DNA of 64,000 nt from Candidatus Obscuribacteraceae bacterium (GCA_044229845.1 JBGASG010000001.1:704001-768000), one strand, 5' to 3'; positions 28,737 through 38,730 are shown, counted from the first letter of the stretch. Made by a program: numbers and translations. Notes: generated by a model from the letters alone, not told the origin.

Positions 28737-30275
28737 ATGGAACAACTTTTCAGCAACGTCCAAACGCTACACCCTGAGGTCGCGGTGCTCGTGGCAGCCT
28801 TTATGGCGACGCTGTGGAACCTGTTCTTTCCCCGAGCCAAAGAGATCACGCCTTACATCTGTATCGCCGCCTTGATCGGTGCGATTGTGCTTTTCTGCCA
28901 GCAATGGGGACCGATTGGCACCTCGGAAGTGAAGCTCTTTCTTGGACTCTTCACTGTTGATCGCCTGACGATTGCCACCGGAATCGTTTCTGCCATCGTC
29001 GGCATCATTGTTGTTCTGATGACTATGGGATATGAACGGCACATCGGCTCGAACCGTGGCGAGTTCTACGCCATCTTGATGGTGGCGATCCTTTCCGTGA
29101 TGCTCCTGGGCGGCTCCACCGATTTGATCATGTTGTTCGTGGCCATGGAAACGCTGACTTTGTGCTGCGTGATGCTGTCCGGATTCGAGAAGCGCGATCG
29201 CAAGAGCAATGAGGCGGCTCTCAAATATCTACTGTCCACCGCTGCCACCACGGCTACATTCCTTTATGGATTGTCGTTTCTCTACGGCATCACTCGTTCG
29301 ACCAACTTTTACGATATCCAACCCGCGTTCTACGGACTGGCTCAGTCTGCGTCGCTGGTTCTGGTGGCGGTGCTGGTGCTCTTGATCAGTGTCGTCGGTT
29401 TCAAGCTTTCAATGGTGCCCTTCCATATGTGGACGCCCGATGTGTATGAAGGCTCGCCGACGCCCGTTGGTGCATTTCTTTCCATCGGCAGCAAATTGGG
29501 CGGACTGGTCGTCGGTATCAGACTGCTCTCCGTCGTTTTCCAGCAAATGAGCCCGGACTGGTCGAGTGTGGTCGGTGCGCTGGCAATTCTTTCGATGATC
29601 ATGGGCAACATAATTGCGCTCAGTCAACGTTCGCTGAAGCGCATGCTCGCCTATTCTTCGATAGCTCACGTCGGCTATATGCTGATTGGATTAGTCGTCA
29701 ACACAGCCGACGGTCTGCAATCCATGTGGTTCTACATCATGGTCTATGGGCTGATGAACTTGGGCGCATTCACAGGTGCAGTGCTGTTTCAGAACGAAAC
29801 GGGCACAGACGATATCGACGCCATGTCGGGTCTGGTGAAGAAACGTCCATGGCTGTGCCTGGGCTTGACCATCTGTTTGCTCAATCTGGCCGGTCTGCCT
29901 ATCCCGCCCGCCGGCTTCCTGGCCAAGTTCTTCGTCTTCTGGTCCGGGATTCAGATGGCATCTATGCTCGGATATCTGATGGTGGGAGTGGCGCTGGTCA
30001 CATCTGTGCCAGCCATCTACTACTACTCACGTGTGTGCATCAAAATGATCGTCCGCGACCCGTCGGAAGCCGTGAAGGCGCTGCCGGATCAACGCCGCCC
30101 GCAACCAGATCCTCAAGAAGCACCAATGCTGGCGCTGGCGATCGCGGTGGCCGGAATTATTGCGGGCAGCTTCCTGGTAACCCCATTGATGAATTTCGCA
30201 GGCAGCGCCGTCGCGCCGGCCACGATTCGTCCGCCGTCCATCGGCTCCGTCCAGTCTGGGACGCAGCCCCAATAG
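28737..30275 (+). CDS. ndhB: NADH dehydrogenase subunit N / NdhB
   Basis: SNEAALKYLL, GFKLSMVPFHMWTPDVYEGSPTP, KRMLAYSSIAHVGY; about 14 TM; start 28737 preferred over 28674. Confidence 0.93.
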   Translation: MEQLFSNVQTLHPEVAVLVAAFMATLWNLFFPRAKEITPYICIAALIGAIVLFCQQWGPIGTSEVKLFLGLFTVDRLTIATGIVSAIVGIIVVLMTMGYERHIGSNRGEFYAILMVAILSVMLLGGSTDLIMLFVAMETLTLCCVMLSGFEKRDRKSNEAALKYLLSTAATTATFLYGLSFLYGITRSTNFYDIQPAFYGLAQSASLVLVAVLVLLISVVGFKLSMVPFHMWTPDVYEGSPTPVGAFLSIGSKLGGLVVGIRLLSVVFQQMSPDWSSVVGALAILSMIMGNIIALSQRSLKRMLAYSSIAHVGYMLIGLVVNTADGLQSMWFYIMVYGLMNLGAFTGAVLFQNETGTDDIDAMSGLVKKRPWLCLGLTICLLNLAGLPIPPAGFLAKFFVFWSGIQMASMLGYLMVGVALVTSVPAIYYYSRVCIKMIVRDPSEAVKALPDQRRPQPDPQEAPMLALAIAVAGIIAGSFLVTPLMNFAGSAVAPATIRPPSIGSVQSGTQPQ

Positions 30276-30289
30276 GCTGAAGATGCAAC

Positions 30290-32896
30290 TTGAACGATGA
30301 TGACAGCGGGGCCAACTCTGCCGGCGTAGAACCGTCCTCGGTGTCACGCGGAGCGATCGCCGCGCTGTTGCGGGGCCGTCATTCCTGGCTCGTGCTCACC
30401 GAGCTGATTATTGCTTTGCCTCTGTTGATCTTCTACTTGCCTTGCCTGACGGGTGAGCGCAGCTTCTATACCTCGGATCTCACCTGGTATTTTCAACCCT
30501 TCCTGACTTTCATCTCGCAGACTCTCCATCGCGGCGAGGTGCCTCTGTGGAACCCCTGGATGTACTGCGGCATGGCTCAGATGGCGGTGCCTTCCCCCGG
30601 AATTTTCTATCCGCTCAATATCTATTTCTATACGTTGCCGTTCAGTCCGGCGCTTGCCCTGTTTTTGATCACACATCAAATGATTGCCGGCGTGGGGGCG
30701 TTTTTGCTTGTGCTCTCGCTGGGCTGGGGCGGCTTCGCGGCGCTGGTAGCCGCACTGGCGTGTGCGTGGTGCGGATACATGTTTTCGATGACCAGCAATT
30801 TCACTTTGATGGCGACGATTGCCTGGTTGCCACTGGCTGTGTTTTGCGTTCGCCGAGTGCGTGGCGAGTTTTCCACGAGAAACATGCTCGCGGTCTGCGC
30901 CACGGCCGCCGTCGTCTTTATGATGGTGGCAGCGGGGCGTCCAGAGGTATCGGCGCCGGCGGCGATCGTGCTGGCGATTTTCTCCTTAGCCGATGTGGTG
31001 GCACGCTATCGCGATGACCGTCTGGTAAAGACGGCCATCGAACAGACTTGCTGGAGAGCAGTCGCCGGTGCGCTGGCCTTATTGCTGTCGATGCCGATCA
31101 TTTTGCCGGCCCTGGAGTGGGCGGCGGTGTCTCCTCGCGCCAGCGGGCTGGACCCCAAATGGGTCTTCATGTGGAGCGCCAACTGGTATGACTGGCTGTG
31201 CGTCATTTTGCCGCAGCCGTTCGGAGATGTGTCTGAGTTAGGGTCGAGCTTTCTCAGTTTGACAGCCAGCCGCGGCGGAAATATTCCCTACTTGCCTTCG
31301 GCGTTTGTCGGGCCGGTGACGCTGGTGCTGGCCATTTGGGGACTGGCGGACCGCACGTGGCACGGGCGTTGGCTGGTGCTCGGCATCGGCATCGGCAGCG
31401 CAGTCATGGCGCTCGGCCAGTTTACGCCTCTGGCACCGTGGGTGGTGAGTCTTTCGCCGGCGCTGTCGAGTTTTCGCTATCCTGTCAAACTGATGATCAT
31501 TCCAGTGCTTTGTCTGGTGCTGCTTGCCGCGCGCGGAGCCTATCTTGCCCATCACCGTTGGGTCAATTGGTATAGCTATATAGGGACGATGGCGCTTTGC
31601 GTCGTCGGTGTCATTGTTGGTTCTGCGTTTGTATTCAGTCCTGGGCTCAGTCAACTGGCATACACCAATCCCTGGTTCTCGAGTCGAGTAAAAGATCTGG
31701 CCAACTTAACCGAAGCGCAAAGCCTTCTCGGACAGAGTCTGCTCGTCATGTCGCTGGTCGGCGCCGGCATTTGTCTGGTTTACTTTGCGCTGCTGCGCAG
31801 GAGGCTGCCACGCATCGCATTTGGTGCGGTGATAGTTTTTACGCAAGCGTTGTTGCTTCTCTACGCACCAACTCACTACTCGCGGCGTTTTACCGCCGGT
31901 GATTTTTACGACCGGCCCGTGCCGCTGGCAGTCGAAATCGCCCGCCTGACTGGTGCGAAGCCTGATGGGGCTTTCGACTGGCGGGCGCAGGTGCTCGCTT
32001 ACGATCCGCTGGCTAATCCGCCGGATTTCCCTAAGCAACAAAATCTGCCGTTTCAGGAGTCGTTTTATCAGTACGGGCGGCAGATGCTGATCACCAATTG
32101 CCACATGCCGTTTGGTTTGCCTTATTCCTTTGGATACGAAGCATCCGAGACTGCGCTGTACAAACAACTCTACGATCGTTGTATCTCTCGTTCGTCGCAA
32201 AATCGGTATCACGACTTCACCCGCCATGAAGACCTGCCTCTGGCGAATTTCTGTCGTTACACCAGTACGCGCTACATGTGGTCTCAAGCCTGGCTGACGT
32301 ATGAGCCGCGCAAATCTATTCCGCGTTTAGATCCAGCCCTGTTCAAGCTGCTCAAGGAGGACGAGGAGTTCAACCTGCGCATCTATGAATGTCCGGATGT
32401 GAAGCCGCGAGCTTACTTCGCGACGCGAGTCGTCTGGAAAGACGGCGAGCAACTCCTGAATGGCATTGTCGATGGTACGGATGCCAACACGACTTATCTG
32501 GAAGGCGGGGAACGATCCCCGCTTTCAGATTACATAGCAGCCGTCAGTCTAGTCGATGAACCTGGTGATACTGCGACGGTTGAAACCAAGAGTTTCGATA
32601 GAGTCGACGTGAAAGTGAAAACGACCAAGCCGCGACTTCTGGTTTTGAATGATCACTATTACAGTGGATGGAACGCTGCTATCGACGGCAAGGACACGCC
32701 TATAATCCAGGCCAATGCATTTGCGCGCGCTGTGGTCGTACCTGCGGGCGAACATCGGGTTGCATTCGAATTTGTTTCACCCAGTCTGGCTCGCGGCATG
32801 TATTTGCTGCAGGGCGCACTGATGGTGATGGCATCGCTGATTGCCGCAACGTTTCTGAAGAAACGCTTGCTCAGCCGCGCGGACTTGGGGCGTTAG
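30290..32896 (+). CDS. YfhO-family membrane protein (GT-C-like)
   Basis: PLWNPW..CG, FYPLN, FRYPVK, C-terminal LVL.D.YYSGW.A.IDG...I..AN...RAV.VPAGEH.V.F. Confidence 0.88.
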   Translation: MNDDDSGANSAGVEPSSVSRGAIAALLRGRHSWLVLTELIIALPLLIFYLPCLTGERSFYTSDLTWYFQPFLTFISQTLHRGEVPLWNPWMYCGMAQMAVPSPGIFYPLNIYFYTLPFSPALALFLITHQMIAGVGAFLLVLSLGWGGFAALVAALACAWCGYMFSMTSNFTLMATIAWLPLAVFCVRRVRGEFSTRNMLAVCATAAVVFMMVAAGRPEVSAPAAIVLAIFSLADVVARYRDDRLVKTAIEQTCWRAVAGALALLLSMPIILPALEWAAVSPRASGLDPKWVFMWSANWYDWLCVILPQPFGDVSELGSSFLSLTASRGGNIPYLPSAFVGPVTLVLAIWGLADRTWHGRWLVLGIGIGSAVMALGQFTPLAPWVVSLSPALSSFRYPVKLMIIPVLCLVLLAARGAYLAHHRWVNWYSYIGTMALCVVGVIVGSAFVFSPGLSQLAYTNPWFSSRVKDLANLTEAQSLLGQSLLVMSLVGAGICLVYFALLRRRLPRIAFGAVIVFTQALLLLYAPTHYSRRFTAGDFYDRPVPLAVEIARLTGAKPDGAFDWRAQVLAYDPLANPPDFPKQQNLPFQESFYQYGRQMLITNCHMPFGLPYSFGYEASETALYKQLYDRCISRSSQNRYHDFTRHEDLPLANFCRYTSTRYMWSQAWLTYEPRKSIPRLDPALFKLLKEDEEFNLRIYECPDVKPRAYFATRVVWKDGEQLLNGIVDGTDANTTYLEGGERSPLSDYIAAVSLVDEPGDTATVETKSFDRVDVKVKTTKPRLLVLNDHYYSGWNAAIDGKDTPIIQANAFARAVVVPAGEHRVAFEFVSPSLARGMYLLQGALMVMASLIAATFLKKRLLSRADLGR

Positions 32897-33755
32897 CTGC
32901 GAAACGCCCCTGGCGGAAGTCTTCGATTGCCTGATGAATCTGGTCACTGGTGTTCATAACGAATGGTCCATAACCAACGACCGGCTCGTTGATTGGTTCA
33001 CCGTTCAAAACCAGCACGTGCGCCGACGATGCGGTGCCAATTTTGAACTGATCGCCGGCGCGTTCTAGCACTGCCAGTTGAAAGGCTTTGAGTGGGCGCT
33101 CGTCGTTGAGGGTGAGTTCACCGTCGAGAATTACGATTGCGGTTGTATAACCTGCCGGCACGTCCAGGGTTAGATCGGCACCGGCGGACAGGCGCACATC
33201 CAGTAGATTGATCGGTGTAAAGGTATGCGCAGGTCCCTTAGTATTCTTATAGGAACCGGCAACGACGCGAATCTTTCCCTTGCCGTCCTGTACTTCAATC
33301 GTTGGAATATCTGTTTTCTGGAGTGTTTGATAACGTGGTGCCGTCATTTTAAGCTGCGCAGGCAAGTTGACCCATAACTGAGCCATTTGCAGTGTGCCGC
33401 CCGTTTTGCGAAATTCTTTCGAGTGTAATTCCTCGTGCAGAACACCCGAGCCTGCGGTCATCCATTGAACATCGCCCGGACCAATCACTCCATAATTTCC
33501 GGCTGTGTCTCGATGCTCTAGTCCGCCCTGATACGCCAGGGTGACTGTTTCAAATCCGCGGTGAGGGTGCATGCCAACGCCCAGTGCCTCTTCTGTCGGA
33601 GGAAACTCCACAGGACTGCCGTAATCGAGCATGAGGAAGGGCGAGAGTTCGCGGTTGCCCAGGTCGTTGTAGGAGAAGACGTTGCGTACCGGCAATCCGT
33701 CGCCGACCATGTGAGGGGCATGTGCTTCGTGAACGCTGATGATTTTCTTTTGCAT
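32871..33755 (-). CDS. Pirin family protein
   Basis: SPFLMLD, HPHRGFETVT, GDVQWMTAGSGVLHEE, YGPFVMN. Confidence 0.95.
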   Translation of the reverse strand: MQKKIISVHEAHAPHMVGDGLPVRNVFSYNDLGNRELSPFLMLDYGSPVEFPPTEEALGVGMHPHRGFETVTLAYQGGLEHRDTAGNYGVIGPGDVQWMTAGSGVLHEELHSKEFRKTGGTLQMAQLWVNLPAQLKMTAPRYQTLQKTDIPTIEVQDGKGKIRVVAGSYKNTKGPAHTFTPINLLDVRLSAGADLTLDVPAGYTTAIVILDGELTLNDERPLKAFQLAVLERAGDQFKIGTASSAHVLVLNGEPINEPVVGYGPFVMNTSDQIHQAIEDFRQGRFAANAPSPRG

Positions 33756-33872
33756 GATCTCTTGTCACCTTTTCGACTGCACCTTCTTTGAAGACCGGTG
33801 CATAACAAAGGATAGCGAAACCATGGCATACCTTGCACGCCACTTGTCATGTTAGACTTGATAGTCAACCTG

Positions 33873-33946
33873 GCCCCGGTAGTTCAGTTGGATAGAACAC
33901 TTCCGTCCTAAGGAAGGTGTCGTGGGTTCGAGTCCTACCCGGGGTG
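33873..33946 (+). tRNA. tRNA-Arg (anticodon CCT)
   Basis: Cloverleaf: GCCCCGG/CCGGGGT, GTTC/GAAC, CTTCC-GTCCTAA-GGAAG, GTGGG-TTCGAGT-CCTAC; discriminator G; CCA not encoded. Confidence 0.93.
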
Positions 33947-33976
33947 CTTTCTTTTTTACACAAAGCGAGGGACGCT

Positions 33977-34489
33977 ATGCCTGTTGACAGGGTAGCTCTT
34001 GAGGTGCGCAACGCGTTGCCGGCTGATTGCGCCCGGATCAGTGAAATTTACAACTACTACGTGCTCAATTCAACTGCCACTTTCGCGGTGGAAGCGGAAT
34101 TACTGCGAACGCGAATGGAATGGTTCGAAGAACATGAGCGAGAAGGGCTGCCGATAGTCGTTGCTGAGTGCGACGGCAATGTTGTCGCGTGGGGCAGCCT
34201 GTCCTATTACCATCGGCGATGCGCCTATCGCCAGACGCTGGAACCCTCCGTTTACGTCGACCATAATTATGTTCGGCGTGGATTCGGTAAAGCGCTTACG
34301 CAGCGTTTGATAGAACTGGCTCGGACGCGGGGTGATCACGTTCTCGTCGGGCTTGCTTGCTCTGAGAACAAGGAAAGCATTGCTATGACTGAAGCTAGCG
34401 GATTTCAGAGGGTTGGTGTCCTTAAAGAGGTGGGGCGCAAATTTGATCGCTGGCTGGATGTCACCATTTTGCAAATGATGCTCCAATGA
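33977..34489 (+). CDS. GNAT acetyltransferase (YncA/Pat-like)
   Basis: IYNYYVLNSTATF, AYRQTLE.SVYV, GF..VG.LKEVG.KF.RWLD; GAGG RBS before ATG 33977. Confidence 0.92.
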   Translation: MPVDRVALEVRNALPADCARISEIYNYYVLNSTATFAVEAELLRTRMEWFEEHEREGLPIVVAECDGNVVAWGSLSYYHRRCAYRQTLEPSVYVDHNYVRRGFGKALTQRLIELARTRGDHVLVGLACSENKESIAMTEASGFQRVGVLKEVGRKFDRWLDVTILQMMLQ

Positions 34490-34508
34490 CTCGCTGCCGA
34501 GGAGAGTG

Positions 34509-34540
34509 AATAAAGGGCGGGCTCGACGAGAACCCGCCCT
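34509..34540 (-). terminator. Intrinsic terminator-like hairpin (U-tract on minus strand)
   Basis: AGGGCGGG (34514-21) / CCCGCCCT (34533-40), followed by TTATT on minus. Confidence 0.6.
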
Positions 34541-34721
34541 CGCTTCAGGTCGAGGTTGGACCTAATGTTGTGGGAAGTTCGATTGCGATTATGGCTCTAA
34601 GCGGTCCTCCTTTCTTAGGATCAAACAAGCAGTGCGCAATTAATTGCCACCATAAATCGAACCCAGAAATTTAACTGTGCATAGCTGAACTGCAGCTGCG
34701 TTGGTTATATGTCTGGTGGCA

Positions 34722-34752
34722 TTTCGTGCATCACTGCGGCACGAAACGTTTT
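34722..34752 (+). terminator. Hairpin next to the ssb stop (T-run on plus strand)
   Basis: TTTCGTGC / GCACGAAA 8-bp stem, then CGTTTT. Confidence 0.45.
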
Positions 34753-35284
34753 ATCCGGTGAGCGATGCGATGATTGGCTGCGAGTCCAATATCTCATCAT
34801 CGCTTTCGGTGATGGTTTTGAATTCTCCGACGAACTCCTCTGTTTCTGCCACCGCCGCTGCCTCCTCAGAATCGGTATGATCATCGGGATCGCCGGAGAA
34901 TACCATTTCGCCTGTGATGGAGTTGCCTGGAGCAGCAGGCTGGTCTGCGACGGTTAGACGCGGCGGCAAGGCGATTTGTACTGCCTCTACCAGCGGTGTC
35001 ATCCGTTTAATACCATTCCTGTCCACCCAATTTTCCATCTCAAACGGGCCGCAAACCGCAACTTGACTGCCTTTTACGAGGTATTTATGAGCAATCTGAG
35101 CGAGCTTACCCCAGGCTTCGACTTTTACGTAGTCGACGGTGCCCTGTAAGCGTCCCTGTTCCGTTTTGCGGCCCGGATGGTTGATGGCGACCGTAAAAGT
35201 GGTTTTTTCACGGCCGGTGTTAAAGTGCATCAACTCAGGCTGACGAACGAGTCTCCCTACGATTGAAAGATTTGCGAATGACAT
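34751..35284 (-). CDS. ssb: Single-stranded DNA-binding protein
   Basis: N..IVGRLVRQPEL, FTVAIN, VEAWGKLA...YL.KGSQVAV.G; GGAGG RBS; acidic tail without terminal PF. Confidence 0.9.
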   Translation of the reverse strand: MSFANLSIVGRLVRQPELMHFNTGREKTTFTVAINHPGRKTEQGRLQGTVDYVKVEAWGKLAQIAHKYLVKGSQVAVCGPFEMENWVDRNGIKRMTPLVEAVQIALPPRLTVADQPAAPGNSITGEMVFSGDPDDHTDSEEAAAVAETEEFVGEFKTITESDDEILDSQPIIASLTG

Positions 35285-35374
35285 AGAAAAACCTCCAGTC
35301 TAGTCCACCCATTTCGCCTGTACATCCGGCGTTGGTGGGTGATTTGGTTGCTCGGTTTTTAGGGAGATGAGGCA

Positions 35375-35404
35375 AATGTACAGGACCATACGGATGTATG
35401 TCAA
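35375..35404 (-). promoter_or_regulatory. Sigma70-type promoter of ssb with overlapping palindrome
   Basis: Minus strand TTGACA-N18-TACATT; CATAC-N4-GTATG at 35387-35400. Confidence 0.55.
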
Positions 35405-35672
35405 TGCTGTTTAATTTTGCGGTTGCGATTGCGAAGAGCGGCATTGGCGGCTGCATCTGGGCGAGTTGTCTGCTCTAATCATCCGCTTGACAAGTAAAAT
35501 CTTTTTGTCGATTCTCTGTGAACAGGGTCGAAAGTCTCTCCCCTTGCGGCTGACCAATTTTGTTGGCAGACGGATATATGCAATTACCTCGTGCAATCAA
35601 AAACGCAAGCCTGGCACAGCGCCGGGTAAATAGCTGATGTGACGATGCAGCCTCTTTGAGGCTAGGAGTAGC

Positions 35673-36779
35673 GTGCCGGAAGAGTCTGATTGGTTCTCCA
35701 GATATAAATTTCTCAGCCCACTTGGTCAAGGTGGGATGGGGACCGTTTATCTTGCGGAAGATCGGTCTAACGGCAATGCCAGTTGTGTGATCAAACAACT
35801 GCTCAATAAGTACACGGATGAAGCCGAGCGGGTCGAGGCCGTGCGTCTTTTTAAACGCGAAGTGGCGATCTTGCGGCAGCTGAGACATCCGGGCGTGGTG
35901 CGGGTGTTCGATGACCACACCACTGCCGACCATAAGTACTTTCTCGTCATGGATTACGTGCCGGGCAAAAACCTTGATGTTGTGATCGCTGATGTGGGTG
36001 TGCTCGATTCGGAGACCGTCGTCCGCATTGCCATTCAGTGTTGCGATGTTTTGATTTATTTGCACTCCGAAGACATCATTTATCGCGATGTCAAACCGAG
36101 CAACCTGATGCTGCGCCCTGATGGACGTGTGGTTTTCATTGACTTCGGAATCGCGCGCAACTTTCTTCCAAAAGAAGTGGCGACCCGTGTGGTGACAGCG
36201 GGTTATTCTCCCCCGGAACAGTATTTCGGCAAGCCGGAGAAGCGCAGTGACATCTACGCGCTTGGTGCAACGCTCAGTCACTTGCTCACCGGTCACCGCC
36301 CGAAACCATTGCAAGTGTGCTCACCGCGTTCGATCAATCCTGAGATTCTCGAACCGCTCGATGAACTGATCAAAAAGATGACGGCACACTCGGTGGAAGA
36401 ACGTCCGCATTCAGCCGAGCAAGTTAAGTACCAGCTCTTCAAGATTTATAAGAGCATCCACCCGAGTTGGGAGATGCCCGAGTTGCCGCCGGGAACCGCC
36501 TGGGACGAGCAGGACGAAGCACGGCTGCATGCCGAACTTAAGTACGCACCCGATAAGCTCAAAGAGCGAAAACCGGCAGTTGCATCCGGTGCCTTCAAAG
36601 TACCGCCGCAAGCACTGCAGAAAAGCAATCCTCATCTGTCGAGAGAAGAACGACGAGCAAGTGGGATTTACGCAAAACATGATGCGCAAACCCGCGAACA
36701 GAGTGGTGATACCACCTGGTTCTCGAAAGTGACCGTACAGCTTAAAAAACTGATGCAGAACATGGGATTGGGCGGCTGA
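35673..36779 (+). CDS. Soluble Ser/Thr protein kinase
   Basis: LGQGGMGTVY, VIKQL, YRDVKPSN, DFG, YSPPEQ; AGGAG RBS, GTG start. Confidence 0.95.
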   Translation: MPEESDWFSRYKFLSPLGQGGMGTVYLAEDRSNGNASCVIKQLLNKYTDEAERVEAVRLFKREVAILRQLRHPGVVRVFDDHTTADHKYFLVMDYVPGKNLDVVIADVGVLDSETVVRIAIQCCDVLIYLHSEDIIYRDVKPSNLMLRPDGRVVFIDFGIARNFLPKEVATRVVTAGYSPPEQYFGKPEKRSDIYALGATLSHLLTGHRPKPLQVCSPRSINPEILEPLDELIKKMTAHSVEERPHSAEQVKYQLFKIYKSIHPSWEMPELPPGTAWDEQDEARLHAELKYAPDKLKERKPAVASGAFKVPPQALQKSNPHLSREERRASGIYAKHDAQTREQSGDTTWFSKVTVQLKKLMQNMGLGG

Positions 36780-36838
36780 CCTAGCACCAAAGTCGACGTC
36801 CAGGTTTTACTGTGTCTGTATAGATATAGTCAGCCGTG

Positions 36839-37831
36839 CTACTTGTCCAGTCCGGACGAGAGCAAGATGCGCTCCACCAGCTGATCGTAACTGATGCCGG
36901 CGACTTCGGCCATAGCCGGCAAGTCGGATGTGTCGGTCATACCCGGTAGTGTGTTCACTTCCAGCACGTGCGGATTGCCTTCTTTGTCGACCATCATATC
37001 GACCCGTGCGTAGCCGGAGCAGTTCAAAGCGCGGAAGGTGCGCATGGCGATCTCCTGCGCTTTCTTTGTCACTTCCGGACTCAGTTCTGCAGGCAGCACA
37101 AACTCGGTCATGCCTTTGGTGTATTTGGCTTCGTAGTCATAGAAACCGGCTTTAGACTTCGGGCGCAGCTCGAGAATCGGCAGCGCATCGAGGTCTTTGC
37201 CGTTAATAAGATGTTGCGGGCGCTCCAGTACACCGACAGTAATTTCCTGGCCGGTGACGTAGCGTTCGACAATGGCGCCACCATATGTGGAGTAGGTTTC
37301 TTTGACGATGGTGGCTAGAGCGGTGGCATCTTCGACTTTCTGCACGCCGACCGACGAGCCTTCATTCAGCGGCTTCACCATCACAGGCAGCCATGGTATC
37401 GACTTGACGAAGTTGCCGACTTCGGTGTCATTCGCGCGTTCTAGAATCAGCGTCGGAGCATACGGCAGGTCTTCCGCTTTCAATACGCGTTTGGTGAGAG
37501 GCTTGCTCATGCACAGGGCACTGCCCAGTACACCCGTACCTGTATAGGGAATGCCGAGCAATTCCAGCAATCCCTGGACGGTGCCGTCTTCACCCCATTT
37601 GCCGTGCAAGGCGAGAAACGCCAGTTCAATCTTCTTTTCCTGCAGTGTATTGGCCAGGTGTTTATCGACATCGATTAACTCGGCGTGTTCGTAGCCCAGA
37701 CGCAAGAGAGCCGCATGACAGTTTTTGCCTGACCGCAGCGAAACTTCTCGCTCGTTGGACAGACCTCCGTACAGGACGCCAATTTTCGATTTTTTGCTAA
37801 TTCCTTCGGCTGGTTTCATGTCTGATATCAC
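36839..37831 (-). CDS. ddl: D-alanine--D-alanine ligase
   Basis: GGLSNEREVSL.SG, LHG.WGEDGTVQG, EGSSVG, EVNTLPGMT. Confidence 0.96.
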   Translation of the reverse strand: MISDMKPAEGISKKSKIGVLYGGLSNEREVSLRSGKNCHAALLRLGYEHAELIDVDKHLANTLQEKKIELAFLALHGKWGEDGTVQGLLELLGIPYTGTGVLGSALCMSKPLTKRVLKAEDLPYAPTLILERANDTEVGNFVKSIPWLPVMVKPLNEGSSVGVQKVEDATALATIVKETYSTYGGAIVERYVTGQEITVGVLERPQHLINGKDLDALPILELRPKSKAGFYDYEAKYTKGMTEFVLPAELSPEVTKKAQEIAMRTFRALNCSGYARVDMMVDKEGNPHVLEVNTLPGMTDTSDLPAMAEVAGISYDQLVERILLSSGLDK

Positions 37832-38730
37832 CTATCCCAGATTTCTTGTTCGGCTGCGGTAAAGTGTCCCATGGTCTTCCATTCAGGATGCAGGTGGATG
37901 GCGAACTTGCCATACACCGAGTCCTGCATTTTTCTCAGCAAGGCGGTTACTTCTTGCGAAGTGGCTCCGCCTAAGTTAATGACGAAATTGGCATGCACAG
38001 CCGAAACAGCTGCCGAGCCCTCTTTCAGTTCTTTGGCACCGGATTGATCAAGCAAAAACCCGGCAGTTTTTTGCGGCTCTGGATTCTTGAAGGTGCTACC
38101 GGCATTGGGCCAGCCCAGCGGCTGGGTGCGCCAGCGATATTCTTCGTTGTGCTTGGTGCGTTCTTGAATGGTCTCCGGTCTCTCGGACTTGAGACGCAGT
38201 CTTGCCGACACGACAATTTGAGTGGCGGGATCGACGCCCGAGCGCCGATACTCGAACTGCATCTCTTCGCGTGTCAGGGTGCGCAGCTTCCAGCTCACCG
38301 TGTCAAAGAGAGTGACGCTTTCTGTAATTTCAGCCATGCAGCTGCCGTGAGCGCCGGCATTCATTACCATGCCACCACCGACAGTGCCGGGGATGCCGAC
38401 GGCAAACTCCAATCCGGAAAGACCGATCGATGCGGCGTACTTGGCCAGGTGCGGCAGCCGCGCGCCGGCGTCGGCATCGAGTACGTCATTGTCCAACTGG
38501 CTGATGCGCGTCATCTGCGCCGTTCTGATAACTGTTCCTTCCACCCCGGCAGAGGAAATCAACATGTTGGAGCCGCCACCCAGCACATGCCAGGGCTGAC
38601 CGGACTTCTTCAGTCGATCGAGCAACTCGATCAACTCCTCCACTTTCTCTGGCTGCGCGAGGCCATCAGCTTCGCCACCCACCTTTAAAGTGGTGTATCG
38701 CCAGAGTGGTGCTTTAGTGGCAACTTCCAT
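37828..38730 (-). CDS. murB: UDP-N-acetylenolpyruvoylglucosamine reductase
   Basis: TT.KVGG.A, LGGGSN, GIPGTVGG..MNAGA, AGSTFKNP, HANF. Confidence 0.96.
   Translation of the reverse strand: MEVATKAPLWRYTTLKVGGEADGLAQPEKVEELIELLDRLKKSGQPWHVLGGGSNMLISSAGVEGTVIRTAQMTRISQLDNDVLDADAGARLPHLAKYAASIGLSGLEFAVGIPGTVGGGMVMNAGAHGSCMAEITESVTLFDTVSWKLRTLTREEMQFEYRRSGVDPATQIVVSARLRLKSERPETIQERTKHNEEYRWRTQPLGWPNAGSTFKNPEPQKTAGFLLDQSGAKELKEGSAAVSAVHANFVINLGGATSQEVTALLRKMQDSVYGKFAIHLHPEWKTMGHFTAAEQEIWDR

Noticed and set aside
33873..35284. tRNA-anchored genomic island (tRNA, GNAT, ssb)
   Set aside because: No integrase and no duplicated tRNA 3' end seen in the window.
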